Virus record (IMG/VR): IMGVR_UViG_3300047172_000052
Coordinates: 1 to 64,000 of that record
Reading direction: 5' to 3' (one strand)
DNA: 64,000 nt
DNA from: a virus
The notes beneath the pieces were generated by a model that worked only from the letters and a program-made list of their open reading frames with translations, did not search any database and was not told where the DNA came from. Shown piece by piece: positions 29,975 through 40,025 of this stretch (positions within the stretch are counted from its first letter, which is position 1; every line of letters starts with the position of its first letter). The position numbers and the translations under genes were made by a program.

Positions 29975-30291
29975 GCGACGGCATCGACCTGGAGGACGTC
30001 GTCCCCCACCACCTGTTCGAGGATGACACGGACGAGGACCACCACCGTCAGTTTCGCTTGCATTATGCCGTCAGTTCTGCTTACGCTGGACGACGACACA
30101 AGATCAAGGGAAACCATGGGTGTCCTTCGGCTGAAACCAGACGACGAAGCCCTGGTGGCTGACCTGCTGACATAGCCAGACGAGAGGTGCCTGACGCCCT
30201 TGAACTGACTACGGCGGCACCTTTCCATGTCGCCTGGAAAGCGGCGGTGAGGATCATCGAGCTATTGCCACTGGAGGAACTTCAGGAATGA
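29971..30291 (+). pseudogene. Hypothetical gene interrupted by an in-frame TGA (30160-30162)
   Basis: The frame continues 42 codons to a TGA that overlaps the next ATG (30288). Confidence 0.55.
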
Positions 30292-30954
30292 CCGATACGA
30301 CAGTGAGAATAGCGACCTTGACCCAGTGGGCCTATGACGAGGCAGTGCGCTGCATGGGGAACCCGCTCGAAGGCTATGGGCGCTACCAGCCTGTCGTTCG
30401 ATCGACCCTGGCGGGACTCTCCCAGGCAGATTGGCTTCAGGCCATTTGCCACAAGATGATCGCCAGGGAATTCGCCTGGAAGATCGACGTCTATTCCGGT
30501 GTCGCCATACTGACGCTGAACCCCAAGAAAGCCAACGCCTAGATGGATCGCAGGACAATCCCATGCGCGCACGTCCTACGCCGTGCCGCCGCCTTCGCCC
30601 TGGCGTCGAGGACAGACCCCGCCGGCAGTGTGACGAACATGGACAGGCTTAAGGTGTCCAGGAGCAGGCAGGACAAAGCGCGCTACGAGAAGATGGTCAA
30701 GCTGGAATGTGAGGTTTCGCTGTCACACGTCGCCGGTGCTCTATCGATCGAGACAGTCGAAACCTATGCCGGCGTGCAGAACACGACCGGTGCAGCCGAC
30801 CCCTACCTAGCCGCCACCGCTCCACTAGCTGAAGAGTCAATCCGCTTCATCCGGATCACCGAACAGCCAAACCAGCGTTCCAAGGGTCTCGGTGGCGAGC
30901 GCATCTATGTGCAGACGGAGGAAGGCGATATGCTCCTCCCACCCCAGACCTGGG

Positions 30955-31398
30955 TTATATGGCGGCTACGGCAGCAGCCTCGCACTTCCGAACCTGCCTG
31001 ACACACTCTGGCCCGAAGCCGGATTCCAGACTGTCCGGATGGGTCAGACGCCTGCCACAGTTTCCGCAGGTCCCTTCGTGCATCACCTCCAGGTCGGCAG
31101 GGATCGCGCAGCGCACGAACACCTGATGCAGGCACCACCGCAGAGCGCGAACGACTGAGTCCGTCTCACGGAAGCGGGACTTCCTGGTCATGATCAGCTT
31201 GTGGTCGTCCTCGGTCATCAGCCCGACGTAGAGGTATTGGTCGGGGCCGTGCAGGACGAACATGCACCAGCCCTTGCTATCCTCGATCTTCTTGGACTTG
31301 AAGGTGTAGTGCTTGCCGGTCGCCAGGGAGCGCACCGTGAACGTCGCATTCTTTCCGCTGATGAATGTCGCGGCGTTCTCGACGGTCATGGACGTCAC
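30955..31398 (-). CDS. DUF6011-like zinc-finger protein
   Basis: ATFTV.S..TG.HYTF...CGNCGRRLT.P.S...GFGPEC; own palindrome promoter (31463). Confidence 0.75.
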   Translation of the reverse strand: MTSMTVENAATFISGKNATFTVRSLATGKHYTFKSKKIEDSKGWCMFVLHGPDQYLYVGLMTEDDHKLIMTRKSRFRETDSVVRALRWCLHQVFVRCAIPADLEVMHEGTCGNCGRRLTHPDSLESGFGPECVRQVRKCEAAAVAAI

Positions 31399-31956
31399 GG
31401 TGCTGTCTCCTCGCTTGATGACAAGCAGGATAGCAGACCTGACGGTGGCGTCAAGAGGTAGTTACGCCTGGAGCGTATTTGTGTAAGCTGTCCAGGCTGC
31501 GGTCCTGACCTCCTCCGGTATCAGCGGCGGCAACAGATACTCATTGCCTGGGCGATGGCGAAAGCCATAGAGGACCTTGTCTCGCCTGTCGTAGTGGACG
31601 GTGAACTCGTGTGTGCCGCCGCGTGGACCTGCTGCGTGGACCTCGACGCAGCGGGTGTCGATGACGGTGGACGAGATGATGTTCAAGACATCGCACCGTT
31701 CAGATACGCCGCCCACAGTTCGTTGATCCGGTTGTTCGTCTCCCAGGCCTCCGGCGTGCGATCGGGCGCCCAGCGCGTCCCGAAGTCGTAGCCGGCGAGG
31801 AACTCCCTGGAGCGGAGACCCCGCTGGAACACGTCCATGACTTGGTTCATCCGTCTGTTGCGGACGCCCCGATTGAAGCCCGCTATGAACTTCGCCTTGA
31901 CGGGAACCTTCCCGTTGTTGTCGAGCATTATGACCCCAGACATGGTAGCTCCTTTC

Positions 31957-34900
31957 CTAGAACTTGAATGAACTCTCGTCGTCGGTTACTTTGTCCAGTT
32001 GAATGTTCTTCGCCACGAGTGCTGCTCGCATCTGCGATATTGGAGGACATACCCAGAAGTAAGGACGACCTATCTCTTGTCGCGGACGCAGCTTTACATC
32101 GGCGGCAAGCAGATATTCTTTCACCTTCGATGCAAGAAGGTTGTTGTCACCGACTTTATTCTTTCCTTTAGGAGTGCTTCTGATGAAGGCATTGAAGTGA
32201 TCGCGTAGTGTTGTGACCCTGATGACATTCGGCTTGTCGTCATACAGTGTGATCTCTTCGAGACCGTTCATGTCATCTACGCAACCTTCCTCCTGTATCA
32301 TCTGAACGAAGAACTTGTCCCAGGGGTCCATGCTCTCCAGCGCCTGCTCGATCAGCGCCTCGGTCTTCGGTGGATTGCGGAGGATGTTCCAATCGTCGTT
32401 TGGGGGCGACCAGTGCATCAGGTCGTAGGCCATTGCCTCGATGCCACCGGACTCCATCTGCACCTTCATGGCGCCGAAGAACTCGGTGTCCTTCATCCGC
32501 GCCTCGCCGCATTCCAGCACGAAGAAACGCCGCTCGTCGTCTAACCCCGCCGGCACAACCCACTGCTCATTGCTGACCATGGCAAGCCGTGCGTAGTTCG
32601 AGACCTCGATCGCATCGACGCCCTTCTTCTCCATCATCATCTTGTCGTTGGTGATCAGGTTCTTCAGCACGCCGCCGGCTTGCACGTCGCCGGCCCAGAA
32701 CGCCTCCTCACACACCATCAGCAGGACTCCGGACTGGTGCCCATTGAAGTTGCCGACGATGTGGTTGCGCTGTGAAACGGTGAGCGAGTAGGGATAGATC
32801 GCTCTCGCCAGCCACTTGAACAACTGGCTCTTGCCGGTGCCCTTCTTCCCCCTGATGACGACCGCCGATCCCATCTTCTCGCCTGGGCGCTGGATGATTT
32901 GCGCCATCCATGTCATCATCCAGTCGAAATACTCCTGGTTGCTTTTGCACACGTTGTCGAGGAGATGTCCTCGCAGCATGCTCCAGTCGCCACGGCGAGG
33001 AACGATGTCGAAGCCGCTCCATAGGTTGAAGGCGTTCAGGTCGCAGTGATCCGATGGTTCGAACACGATGCCATCTGCGTATGTCTCCCGCTCTTCCCAG
33101 TCGATCCACAGGCGCGACAGCGCGACGGCCTTCATGCCGTTGTCCTTGTCCGGCACCATGACCTTGCGGTTCTCGATCCGCTGGAACGTCTCAGGCTCCC
33201 AGATGACAGGCATCGTTCCGGTCTTCTGCGACTTGCGGATGATCTTGAACTTCGCACCGATGACGACGCCGGCATACTTTGTGTTCAGGTCCGCCAGCAT
33301 CTCGACCACATCATCATCCGCGACTCGGTCTTCCTTGCCGCTGGTCGACCTTCCCTTCTTGATCTCCGCATCCAATGCCCGCAGACTCAACCCCGACTGC
33401 TTCGCCAGCGTCTTCTTGAGCCCATCCACCTGCCCAGGTGACAGGTCACTGGCGCCGATGCGCCGCGCCAGGGTGACCGCCTCGTCGTCCTCGTTCTTCT
33501 TGACGTGTGAGATGGCACGCTTGGCGTCGCCGGAATTCTTGAACGGCGGCAGGGAAGTCTCCGGCGCGGCGTCTTCCTTCGCCGGCTCCTCCTCATCCTC
33601 CTCCGTCAGCGCCACCCACCGCTTCAACTCACTGGCGTCGGCGATCCCCAGCCGCTCACAGATCAGGTCGACGAAGTTGATACGGTCAAGGTCAGCACAG
33701 GAGTCATGCGAGCACCGCGCGACCGCCTGCTCCTGTTCGCTCTCGCTGGCGTTGACGCAGAAGAACCCCTTGTCATCAGGATTCCCTGCATCACTGTGAG
33801 CATCATCATTCGGGCAGCAGTGCGTGCGCCCTGGTCCCGACGACCGCGCCCCTCGATCTCCATCCGGGTCCATCTGCAGCAGGAAGTCATCGACCTCGAA
33901 CCGGTTGCCATACTTGCCGAAGAACCAAGCCATGGAGGTGGTCTTGTAGTCGCCGGCCCTGCCACCGAGTGCCTTCGCAGCGGCGTCGAACGGCGACGTG
34001 GTGACCGCCCGTAGCTCCTCCGCCGTCACCCGCTCGCACTGCTCGATGTCCAGTGGCTTGCCAGCGATGATGTCGATGCGGAACTGCCCACCAGGAGGGT
34101 GCCTGGGCGTATACATGAGCCTGGACGGGTCGACGCACGAACGGTCGAAATACGCCTCCAGGAGTTTGCTGGCGCCCGCGTAACGCTCCCGCCACTCGGC
34201 GATCGCCTTCTTCTGCGACGCTGCCCTGTCGGCGATCACGAACCGCTTTTCGAGCACCATGACGACCCGGAACTTCGGCATCGGCTGGTGCTCTAGCTGG
34301 AGGACCACACCGTTCACCGTGTGGTCAGTGCCGATCAGCTTGGCGCCCTCCAAAATGCCAGGACGATACCTCTTGCGCTCCAGGAAGTAGGTGCAGACCT
34401 GGGCGACGGTGATGTCGCCGGCCTGCTCACCAACCCATCTCAGCACCTCGTCCTTCTTGACCTCGGACACCGCTTTGAGGTGCGAGTGCGTCGTGTAGAC
34501 CACGGCGAACAACCCCAGCGCCTTGATCCGGGCAATCACCTCGTCGATGGACTCACCCGTGTCCAGGTCCAGCGTCAACAGGTCGAGGTGCGGGATGGCG
34601 TTCGCCTTGCGCTCCCCATCGATCACCGCACCCTGCAGGAAGCACTCTCCGTCCTTCTCGCCCTGCTTGTGGGTGGACAGCAGGTTGACGAATGCCCCCA
34701 GCTTCATGGGCGCATTCTTCCAGCGCCCAGGTAGGGTCTTCGATCCCTTCTTGGAGATGGCGATCTCGATGTCCCGTTCGAGCAGGATAGGGTCCAGGGT
34801 GCCATGCAGGAAGGCGTCATTGAACCGGGGCTGCGTCTCCGGCGGCGTCAGGAATGCCGCATCAAGCTCCGCCACGGTGAACCACTTATTGGTCACCTCG

Positions 34901-35337
34901 GCGAGGGTCCACCCCCCAGTCCCCGGCATCGGGACCGGATCACAGGCGGCGGACCCTTCGTCACCCAGCAGCTTCGCAATGTCATCCAGGCGGTCGCATG
35001 TCGTTCCTCCCCTCAAATCCAGGACCTCGGTCTCTGCAAGCAGGTAGATGGCGCACAGGCGCCCATCCTGGTGGGCCAGGGTGACCGTGGGAGGCACACG
35101 CTGGTGGAAGGTGTCACCGGGCTGCACCATGGCTCCCAGGCCTGTCAGGAGGCAGGGGGCGTTGTTCTCCCAGGTGACCAGATCGATGGCGCAGGCACCT
35201 TCCTGCTCGTCGACGAAGGCCTTGATCTCTTCGAGCTTGCCGGACATTAGCGCCGTATGGTCGCCCTCGATCGCAAGGTCGCCGTCCGGTGCATGTTCGA
35301 AGCAGGCAGACAAGAATGAGTCTAAGGCAGCCTGCAT
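31957..35337 (-). CDS. Primase-helicase: AEP-like primase, Zn module and P-loop helicase (DUF5906 / NrS-1-like)
   Basis: LDLD, YTTHSH, KFRVV, D.SC.D.SRL.Y.P; FNLWSGF, Walker A GKKGTGKS, CEEA, SN, DERRF. Confidence 0.88.
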   Translation of the reverse strand: MQAALDSFLSACFEHAPDGDLAIEGDHTALMSGKLEEIKAFVDEQEGACAIDLVTWENNAPCLLTGLGAMVQPGDTFHQRVPPTVTLAHQDGRLCAIYLLAETEVLDLRGGTTCDRLDDIAKLLGDEGSAACDPVPMPGTGGWTLAEVTNKWFTVAELDAAFLTPPETQPRFNDAFLHGTLDPILLERDIEIAISKKGSKTLPGRWKNAPMKLGAFVNLLSTHKQGEKDGECFLQGAVIDGERKANAIPHLDLLTLDLDTGESIDEVIARIKALGLFAVVYTTHSHLKAVSEVKKDEVLRWVGEQAGDITVAQVCTYFLERKRYRPGILEGAKLIGTDHTVNGVVLQLEHQPMPKFRVVMVLEKRFVIADRAASQKKAIAEWRERYAGASKLLEAYFDRSCVDPSRLMYTPRHPPGGQFRIDIIAGKPLDIEQCERVTAEELRAVTTSPFDAAAKALGGRAGDYKTTSMAWFFGKYGNRFEVDDFLLQMDPDGDRGARSSGPGRTHCCPNDDAHSDAGNPDDKGFFCVNASESEQEQAVARCSHDSCADLDRINFVDLICERLGIADASELKRWVALTEEDEEEPAKEDAAPETSLPPFKNSGDAKRAISHVKKNEDDEAVTLARRIGASDLSPGQVDGLKKTLAKQSGLSLRALDAEIKKGRSTSGKEDRVADDDVVEMLADLNTKYAGVVIGAKFKIIRKSQKTGTMPVIWEPETFQRIENRKVMVPDKDNGMKAVALSRLWIDWEERETYADGIVFEPSDHCDLNAFNLWSGFDIVPRRGDWSMLRGHLLDNVCKSNQEYFDWMMTWMAQIIQRPGEKMGSAVVIRGKKGTGKSQLFKWLARAIYPYSLTVSQRNHIVGNFNGHQSGVLLMVCEEAFWAGDVQAGGVLKNLITNDKMMMEKKGVDAIEVSNYARLAMVSNEQWVVPAGLDDERRFFVLECGEARMKDTEFFGAMKVQMESGGIEAMAYDLMHWSPPNDDWNILRNPPKTEALIEQALESMDPWDKFFVQMIQEEGCVDDMNGLEEITLYDDKPNVIRVTTLRDHFNAFIRSTPKGKNKVGDNNLLASKVKEYLLAADVKLRPRQEIGRPYFWVCPPISQMRAALVAKNIQLDKVTDDESSFKF

Positions 35338-35527
35338 TCGCCACGCCTCGCTGGAAAAGGATTGTCAGTTTCGCTTACGCTGCGTCGCGCTAACTGTCAA
35401 CCCTGAAAAGGTGCCACCCCCAGGACGGGGTCATTAAGCCGGCCTGGGGCTGTCCCTACTGGGGACTGGCGAGGTTCGAGGGGCTAATCCGCGATCGTGT
35501 CCTTGGCAAGCAAAACGACGTGGTGGC

Positions 35528-35731
35528 TCAGTCGTCGTCGTCGTCGTCATCCTGGTGGCGATGATCCCTGTGCGGGAAACGATAAGGCGGAGGATGGTTC
35601 CGTTTCCACTGCTCCGCGTGGTATTCCTCGCACTCCGGATCGTAGCCTTCGCAACAGCAATAACCATCGCACGCAAAAGCCACAGTGTGGCAGATGAGCA
35701 ACAGTGCGATGGCGAGCGCGATGGTCTTCAC
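35528..35731 (-). CDS. Small secreted Cys/His/Asp-rich peptide
   Basis: GTGA coupling; signal peptide VKTIALAIALLLICHTVAFA; CDGYCCC; D7 tail. Confidence 0.5.
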   Translation of the reverse strand: MKTIALAIALLLICHTVAFACDGYCCCEGYDPECEEYHAEQWKRNHPPPYRFPHRDHRHQDDDDDDD

Positions 35732-36240
35732 GCCCGTCTCCTTCCATGTGCCTTCACGAACGCTTCCAGCTTGGCGCCGACCACCTTCCGCACCGCCTCG
35801 ATCGGCATCTCGTGCCACGTCCGGTCGGCGATGGTGAAGTAGCGCAGGCGGTTCGCCTTGACGTGTTTGGCGACCGCAAGGATGCACCAGACGAGGGAGT
35901 CTTCCTCGCCCTCGGGACGGTGCCGGCGCTGGATCGCGGTGTTCAAGGACCGCATGACCGGAATGGCAGCAACAAGTTCGGCGACGCCGGGCTCGTAGCC
36001 GTCGTAGTTCACCTCGTCGAAGCCGATGAGCCGGGGCGTTTCGCCGTCGTAGACGAAAGCGCGCAGCTTGATGTGCTGCAGCGCCCGCTGCTTTGCGGTC
36101 AGGTCCCAGTCGTAGGCGAAGTGACTGCTGTTCTCGGGATCGATGATCGAAATGCCAAGATACAGACGTGTCGTCCCACTGTCGTCCTTCTCGTAGACGG
36201 AGACTTCGAACTGCCACTTCGTCTTCGCTTTGTCCAACAT
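35728..36240 (-). CDS. Hypothetical protein
   Basis: 170 aa; RBS; palindrome promoter at 36312. Confidence 0.7.
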   Translation of the reverse strand: MLDKAKTKWQFEVSVYEKDDSGTTRLYLGISIIDPENSSHFAYDWDLTAKQRALQHIKLRAFVYDGETPRLIGFDEVNYDGYEPGVAELVAAIPVMRSLNTAIQRRHRPEGEEDSLVWCILAVAKHVKANRLRYFTIADRTWHEMPIEAVRKVVGAKLEAFVKAHGRRRA

Positions 36241-36286
36241 CGATCTTGATCTCCCTCTTTCCTCGTGCAGGAGGGAAAGTAGCAGG

Positions 36287-36829
36287 TCAGGCTGCTGTGG
36301 TCAATCCGAAATGTGCGTCAGGCATATATGTTCTGATCGCCTTGCGCCATAGGTAGACAGGCACGACGGCGTCGAAGCCCTCGGCGAGCGTTGGCGCCTC
36401 GTAGCTCTGCTGCATCTCCTGGTCGACGTAGTAGGGGATAACCTTGCCGGGCCGATTCCCGAGGCGAAAGATTCGAACACCCTCGTCCACCTTCACCGTG
36501 ACGGCGATCTTGCGGTAACACGATGGCAATCCTGCCAGCTTACGGGCGCGAGACTTCACGGTTAGGTTCGTCTGGTCGTGGATCATGTCGACCCGCGTCA
36601 TGATAGCTTGCTGCCGCCACAGCGCCATGATCTTAGTCGCTTGATCAATGCCACTCTTGAACATCTCGTTGTATGTCGAACCGTGCTCCGCAGCCAGGGA
36701 GTCGATGACATAGTCCGTCGTCAACTGGACGATCGGGCGCGGCCACAGGTCGACAATCGAGCGGCGCACGGTGGTCTTGCCGGAGGCTGGCAGGCCAACC
36801 AGCATGATGAATATAGGGTCAGGCTGCAT
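36287..36829 (-). CDS. Polynucleotide 5'-kinase (AAA_33; kinase half of PNKP)
   Basis: MLVGLPASGKTT, DQTNL...R, P...EGFD; adjacent to the RNA ligase. Confidence 0.8.
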   Translation of the reverse strand: MQPDPIFIMLVGLPASGKTTVRRSIVDLWPRPIVQLTTDYVIDSLAAEHGSTYNEMFKSGIDQATKIMALWRQQAIMTRVDMIHDQTNLTVKSRARKLAGLPSCYRKIAVTVKVDEGVRIFRLGNRPGKVIPYYVDQEMQQSYEAPTLAEGFDAVVPVYLWRKAIRTYMPDAHFGLTTAA

Positions 36830-38033
36830 CTTGCATCTCCCAGGCGTTCCAGCGTGCGGTGCGGATGATCTGCCGTGCCATCGTCTCGAACGACTTGTTG
36901 CTCGCCGATCGTAGGATGACGTATTGCTTTGCCCACTCGACGGCTTTCTCGAATACGCGCGTCTGATCCGGCATATCCCAGACGGCGAAGCAGGCGGAGC
37001 GTAGGACGCCCTTCTTGCATCTTTCGGCAAATCGCGCCTTGGTTGTCCGATTCTGCCACTCGTCCAGCAGGATCGTCGACACCTCGTGTGCGAAGTCTTG
37101 GATGTCTCGGTTCACCTGCACCGTGAACAGTGCCAGTCGCTCCTTCGTCTCTCTGTCGATGATCGGCAGCAGGTCGTCCGTCTTTTCCTCCAGGATCATT
37201 CGGACGACGTCGCGCTCACTTCGCAGAGTCTCGAACTTGGCGTGGCTCAGCGCCCGATACCAGTCGGTCTTGACCTTCGCCATGTGACCATCCTCGAAGC
37301 GGATGACGAAGCCCTCGGTGTCTTCCATCGCCCGAACTGAGTCGACTAGATCGGCGGTGGTCCAACCGATACCAAACCAAGATCGGGTCCCGACTATTGG
37401 GATGTCAGTGTCACCGACCTGAGCCCGCATCTCCGCCCGAGAAAAGTATCGACCGGACACGTTGTGTCTGATGGCAAGCAGAACCAGACGGTCCTCGGGA
37501 TGGTCGATCACAATGCGCTGCTTCCTGGAGCACCATTCGAAGATCGGCGTGACACCTGCGCGGATGCACTTCCGTGCCAGCCATTGGTATTCCGGATGCT
37601 GCGATACGAAGCATTCCGCCTGCATTGCTACGTCCGTGATGCCCATCTTCGTCATCCAGCGAATCCCGAATCCACGGTCGATCGGAACCGGACGCACCAT
37701 GCTGCCATCGAGCTTGTGCAAGAGCGCATGCGGGCGTGTCAGGTCCAGGGTCTGCGTGTCCTGCCTCTCCCCCACGTTGAAGAACTTGTGGAACGGACGA
37801 CTGATGACGTAGCCGGAGAAGGAATCGAAGATGATCCCCCTGCACTCCCGCAGGATCGCGAGCGTCTCGTCATCGTCGATGACCGGAGGAAACGTATCCT
37901 GACCGACCAGGACGTAGTTGAAGATCGTGATGTCGCCTGGGCGATCGACACGGATGAACTCGGGGCGCCCTTTGATCGCCTGGATTACCTGCCAGATGTG
38001 GTCGATGGTGGGGAATTCGTAGTGCAGGGTCAT
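36819..38033 (-). CDS. T4 Rnl1-like RNA ligase
   Basis: ECRGIIF, SRPFHKFFNVGE, motif I KLDGS, FEW, EGFVI, KVKT.WY. Confidence 0.9.
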   Translation of the reverse strand: MTLHYEFPTIDHIWQVIQAIKGRPEFIRVDRPGDITIFNYVLVGQDTFPPVIDDDETLAILRECRGIIFDSFSGYVISRPFHKFFNVGERQDTQTLDLTRPHALLHKLDGSMVRPVPIDRGFGIRWMTKMGITDVAMQAECFVSQHPEYQWLARKCIRAGVTPIFEWCSRKQRIVIDHPEDRLVLLAIRHNVSGRYFSRAEMRAQVGDTDIPIVGTRSWFGIGWTTADLVDSVRAMEDTEGFVIRFEDGHMAKVKTDWYRALSHAKFETLRSERDVVRMILEEKTDDLLPIIDRETKERLALFTVQVNRDIQDFAHEVSTILLDEWQNRTTKARFAERCKKGVLRSACFAVWDMPDQTRVFEKAVEWAKQYVILRSASNKSFETMARQIIRTARWNAWEMQDAA

Positions 38034-38467
38034 CAGAAGTTCCCCGGCGCGACCTGCGCGCAGACGATGCCGTTCTCGCGCCACATATCGACCACGCGTT
38101 GCCGGTCGTCGAACACCAGCGTAGGATCGAAACCGTCCTCGCGAATCTTCACCAGCAACTCCGCCTTGATGATGGCGTCGTCACGGAAGTCGTTGTCGGG
38201 GCGCATGTAGACGCGACGCGGCCATACGTTGTGCTTGCGCAGCCAGTCGTTCGTCATGTCCCTGGTCCACTCCGGACGACCGGTGCAGCACACGATGCGG
38301 CAACCGGCGGTGAAGAGGCGCTGGAACGTCTCGCAGATGGGTGCGATCGGCGGATCGTGCGGGATGCCGAGGTAGAACGCCTTGTGGTTCTTCGGACGCG
38401 TGGTGATCCAGTGACGTCGATGCTCGCAGTCAGCCAGGGTGCCATCGATGTCGAAACAGACGTCCAT
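38033..38467 (-). CDS. HAD-family 3'-phosphatase (phosphatase half of PNKP)
   Basis: FDIDGTLAD, TGRPE, MRP..D.R.D...K, FDDR..VV.MWR..G..C.QVA.G.F. Confidence 0.88.
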   Translation of the reverse strand: MDVCFDIDGTLADCEHRRHWITTRPKNHKAFYLGIPHDPPIAPICETFQRLFTAGCRIVCCTGRPEWTRDMTNDWLRKHNVWPRRVYMRPDNDFRDDAIIKAELLVKIREDGFDPTLVFDDRQRVVDMWRENGIVCAQVAPGNF

Positions 38468-38471
38468 GAGG

Positions 38472-38699
38472 TTACTCCTCGTTCTCGCCCATCCTGGCGA
38501 GGTTCAGCCGCCGTTCGACGACGTCGAGAGGCTGGTCGACTGACCAGTAATCACCCTCTCGCGCGGAGAACAAAATACGGACCTTTCGATCAATGATTGG
38601 GTGGGCCGGATATCGCTCCATAACCATAGCGACTCTGCTTGGAAATACGCGGACTGGAGCACCATCATTGGTGAACCGCGCCATCACTTCCTTCGTCAT
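38472..38699 (-). CDS. Hypothetical protein
   Basis: ggagg RBS; 75 aa within the operon. Confidence 0.55.
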   Translation of the reverse strand: MTKEVMARFTNDGAPVRVFPSRVAMVMERYPAHPIIDRKVRILFSAREGDYWSVDQPLDVVERRLNLARMGENEE

Positions 38700-38708
38700 G
38701 CTCGCCTC

Positions 38709-39323
38709 CTACAGTGACCCAACCAGCCGCCCGATGTTGGGCGAAGGCTCGATGTAGCGTTCCGTCGTCGACAAGCTCGCGTGGCCTGCCAGCATCTGCA
38801 CGTCCTTGATCGAGCAGTCGTGCTGCCCGGCGCGCCGCGCCGCCCGCGTGATGAACGTCCGGCGCCCCGAATGCGAGGAGCAGCCTTCGAAACCTATGCT
38901 GGCGTAGAGTTTCGTGAACCAGAGACGAACGGCACTCGACGTCATCCGCGTCCCAGCGCGCGGGCCGACATGACCACGCCCGAAGCCACGTCCGATGCCA
39001 TAGACCACCACTTCGTCCGCAGGGCGCACTGCACGAAGCTGCAGAAGCGCCGTGTAGAGGTGAGGGTTCATCGGCACGTGGCGCTCCTTGCCGTTCTTGG
39101 CGATGTTGCCAGGAACGAACATGGTGTCGGCACGGACCTTCCCCTCGGCGTCGGTGACGTCCTTCCACTCCAGGCCGGCGATCTCGACCGCACGCAGGCC
39201 TGCCTTGTAGGAGAGAAGCACCATGACCTGATCCCGCTCCGGATGATCGCTTTCCTTGCCGATCTTGTAGAGCAACGCCGCGAACTGGGTATCGTCCAGA
39301 ACCTTAGCGTGTTTGTTGGCCAC
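38709..39323 (-). CDS. Minimal tyrosine recombinase (catalytic domain only)
   Basis: GLRAVEI (R), K in AKNG, HSGR (HxxR), LAGH, TERY; 204 aa with no N-terminal arm or core-binding domain. Confidence 0.92.
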   Translation of the reverse strand: MANKHAKVLDDTQFAALLYKIGKESDHPERDQVMVLLSYKAGLRAVEIAGLEWKDVTDAEGKVRADTMFVPGNIAKNGKERHVPMNPHLYTALLQLRAVRPADEVVVYGIGRGFGRGHVGPRAGTRMTSSAVRLWFTKLYASIGFEGCSSHSGRRTFITRAARRAGQHDCSIKDVQMLAGHASLSTTERYIEPSPNIGRLVGSL

Positions 39324-39354
39324 GAAACTTCTCTCCTCTTCGCAAGAACTAGGT

Positions 39355-39688
39355 CAGAGACGCAAACTTTTCAGGACGGCTGGTGACTCTCTATCCCAGC
39401 ATTTTCACCGCCCATCGAGGCTTTCACTCCTCGATGCGTCCCTGATTCCTTAGGAGGGCTGATGGGACCTTCACCAGCATTTCCATCCCCGCCGGGGCTT
39501 CTGCTCCCCGACGCCTCCATGATCTCGATCTCACCTCACAGGGGAGGGTGTCGCGTCCATCCGCTGTCTCAATGCATGCTCAAGACAGAGCGTCCGCTGG
39601 AGTGTTTTACCTACATGCTGCTTTTCACCCGGCAGCCATCGATTACTATACCTCCAGTTAGACACCCTCACCTTTGAGGTGAGAGATA
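39355..39688 (-). ncRNA. Putative ~330-nt structured RNA directly upstream of the recombinase
   Basis: 24-bp stem 39529-39552/39661-39684 plus at least 8 further helices; G-U pairs work only on the minus strand; repeated GUGAA loops. Confidence 0.65.
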
Positions 39689-39692
39689 GTCG

Positions 39693-40025
39693 TTAGGCGC
39701 CCGCCGGGCGCCCAACGTCGAAGCGTGTGCCGCGCACCGTGACGGCGAACAGCGAGTCCAGGTTGATCGAGCGGATCGCCTTGTTGGCGATGTCGAACAC
39801 CGGAAGCAGGTGCGGGTGGTTCTCGCGGCGCTTCTGCGCTCCGGCCTTCGCGCCCTCGGAAGCGGCGTCGCCGACGAGGTGCTTGTTGATCGCCGGAAGC
39901 TGAATCTGCATCGTGCGTTCGGTTCCGTCCTTCTTGACGAACTCGACCGCGAAGATCGTGCTGCCGGCGCTCTTGATGATACCCAGGATGTTGTCGCGGC
40001 GGGCCTCGATGTTGCAGGTCGTCAT
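39693..40025 (-). CDS. WYL-like SH3/Sm-barrel protein (DUF2693-like)
   Basis: F.VEFVKKDGTER.M...VFDI....IRSI pattern; promoter at about 40068-40112. Confidence 0.6.
   Translation of the reverse strand: MTTCNIEARRDNILGIIKSAGSTIFAVEFVKKDGTERTMQIQLPAINKHLVGDAASEGAKAGAQKRRENHPHLLPVFDIANKAIRSINLDSLFAVTVRGTRFDVGRPAGA

Noticed and set aside
2413-30542. Genome-wide stop-codon reassignment
   Set aside because: Both TAG and TGA appear as interruptions, both also terminate core genes (Pol A and SNF2 with TAG, terL with TGA), and no suppressor tRNA is visible
39529-39684. FimB/E-type invertible promoter, or retron msr-msd
   Set aside because: The IR has two central mismatches and sits in a larger strand-specific fold with G-U pairs; no reverse transcriptase in the window. 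Inversion remains testable from reads
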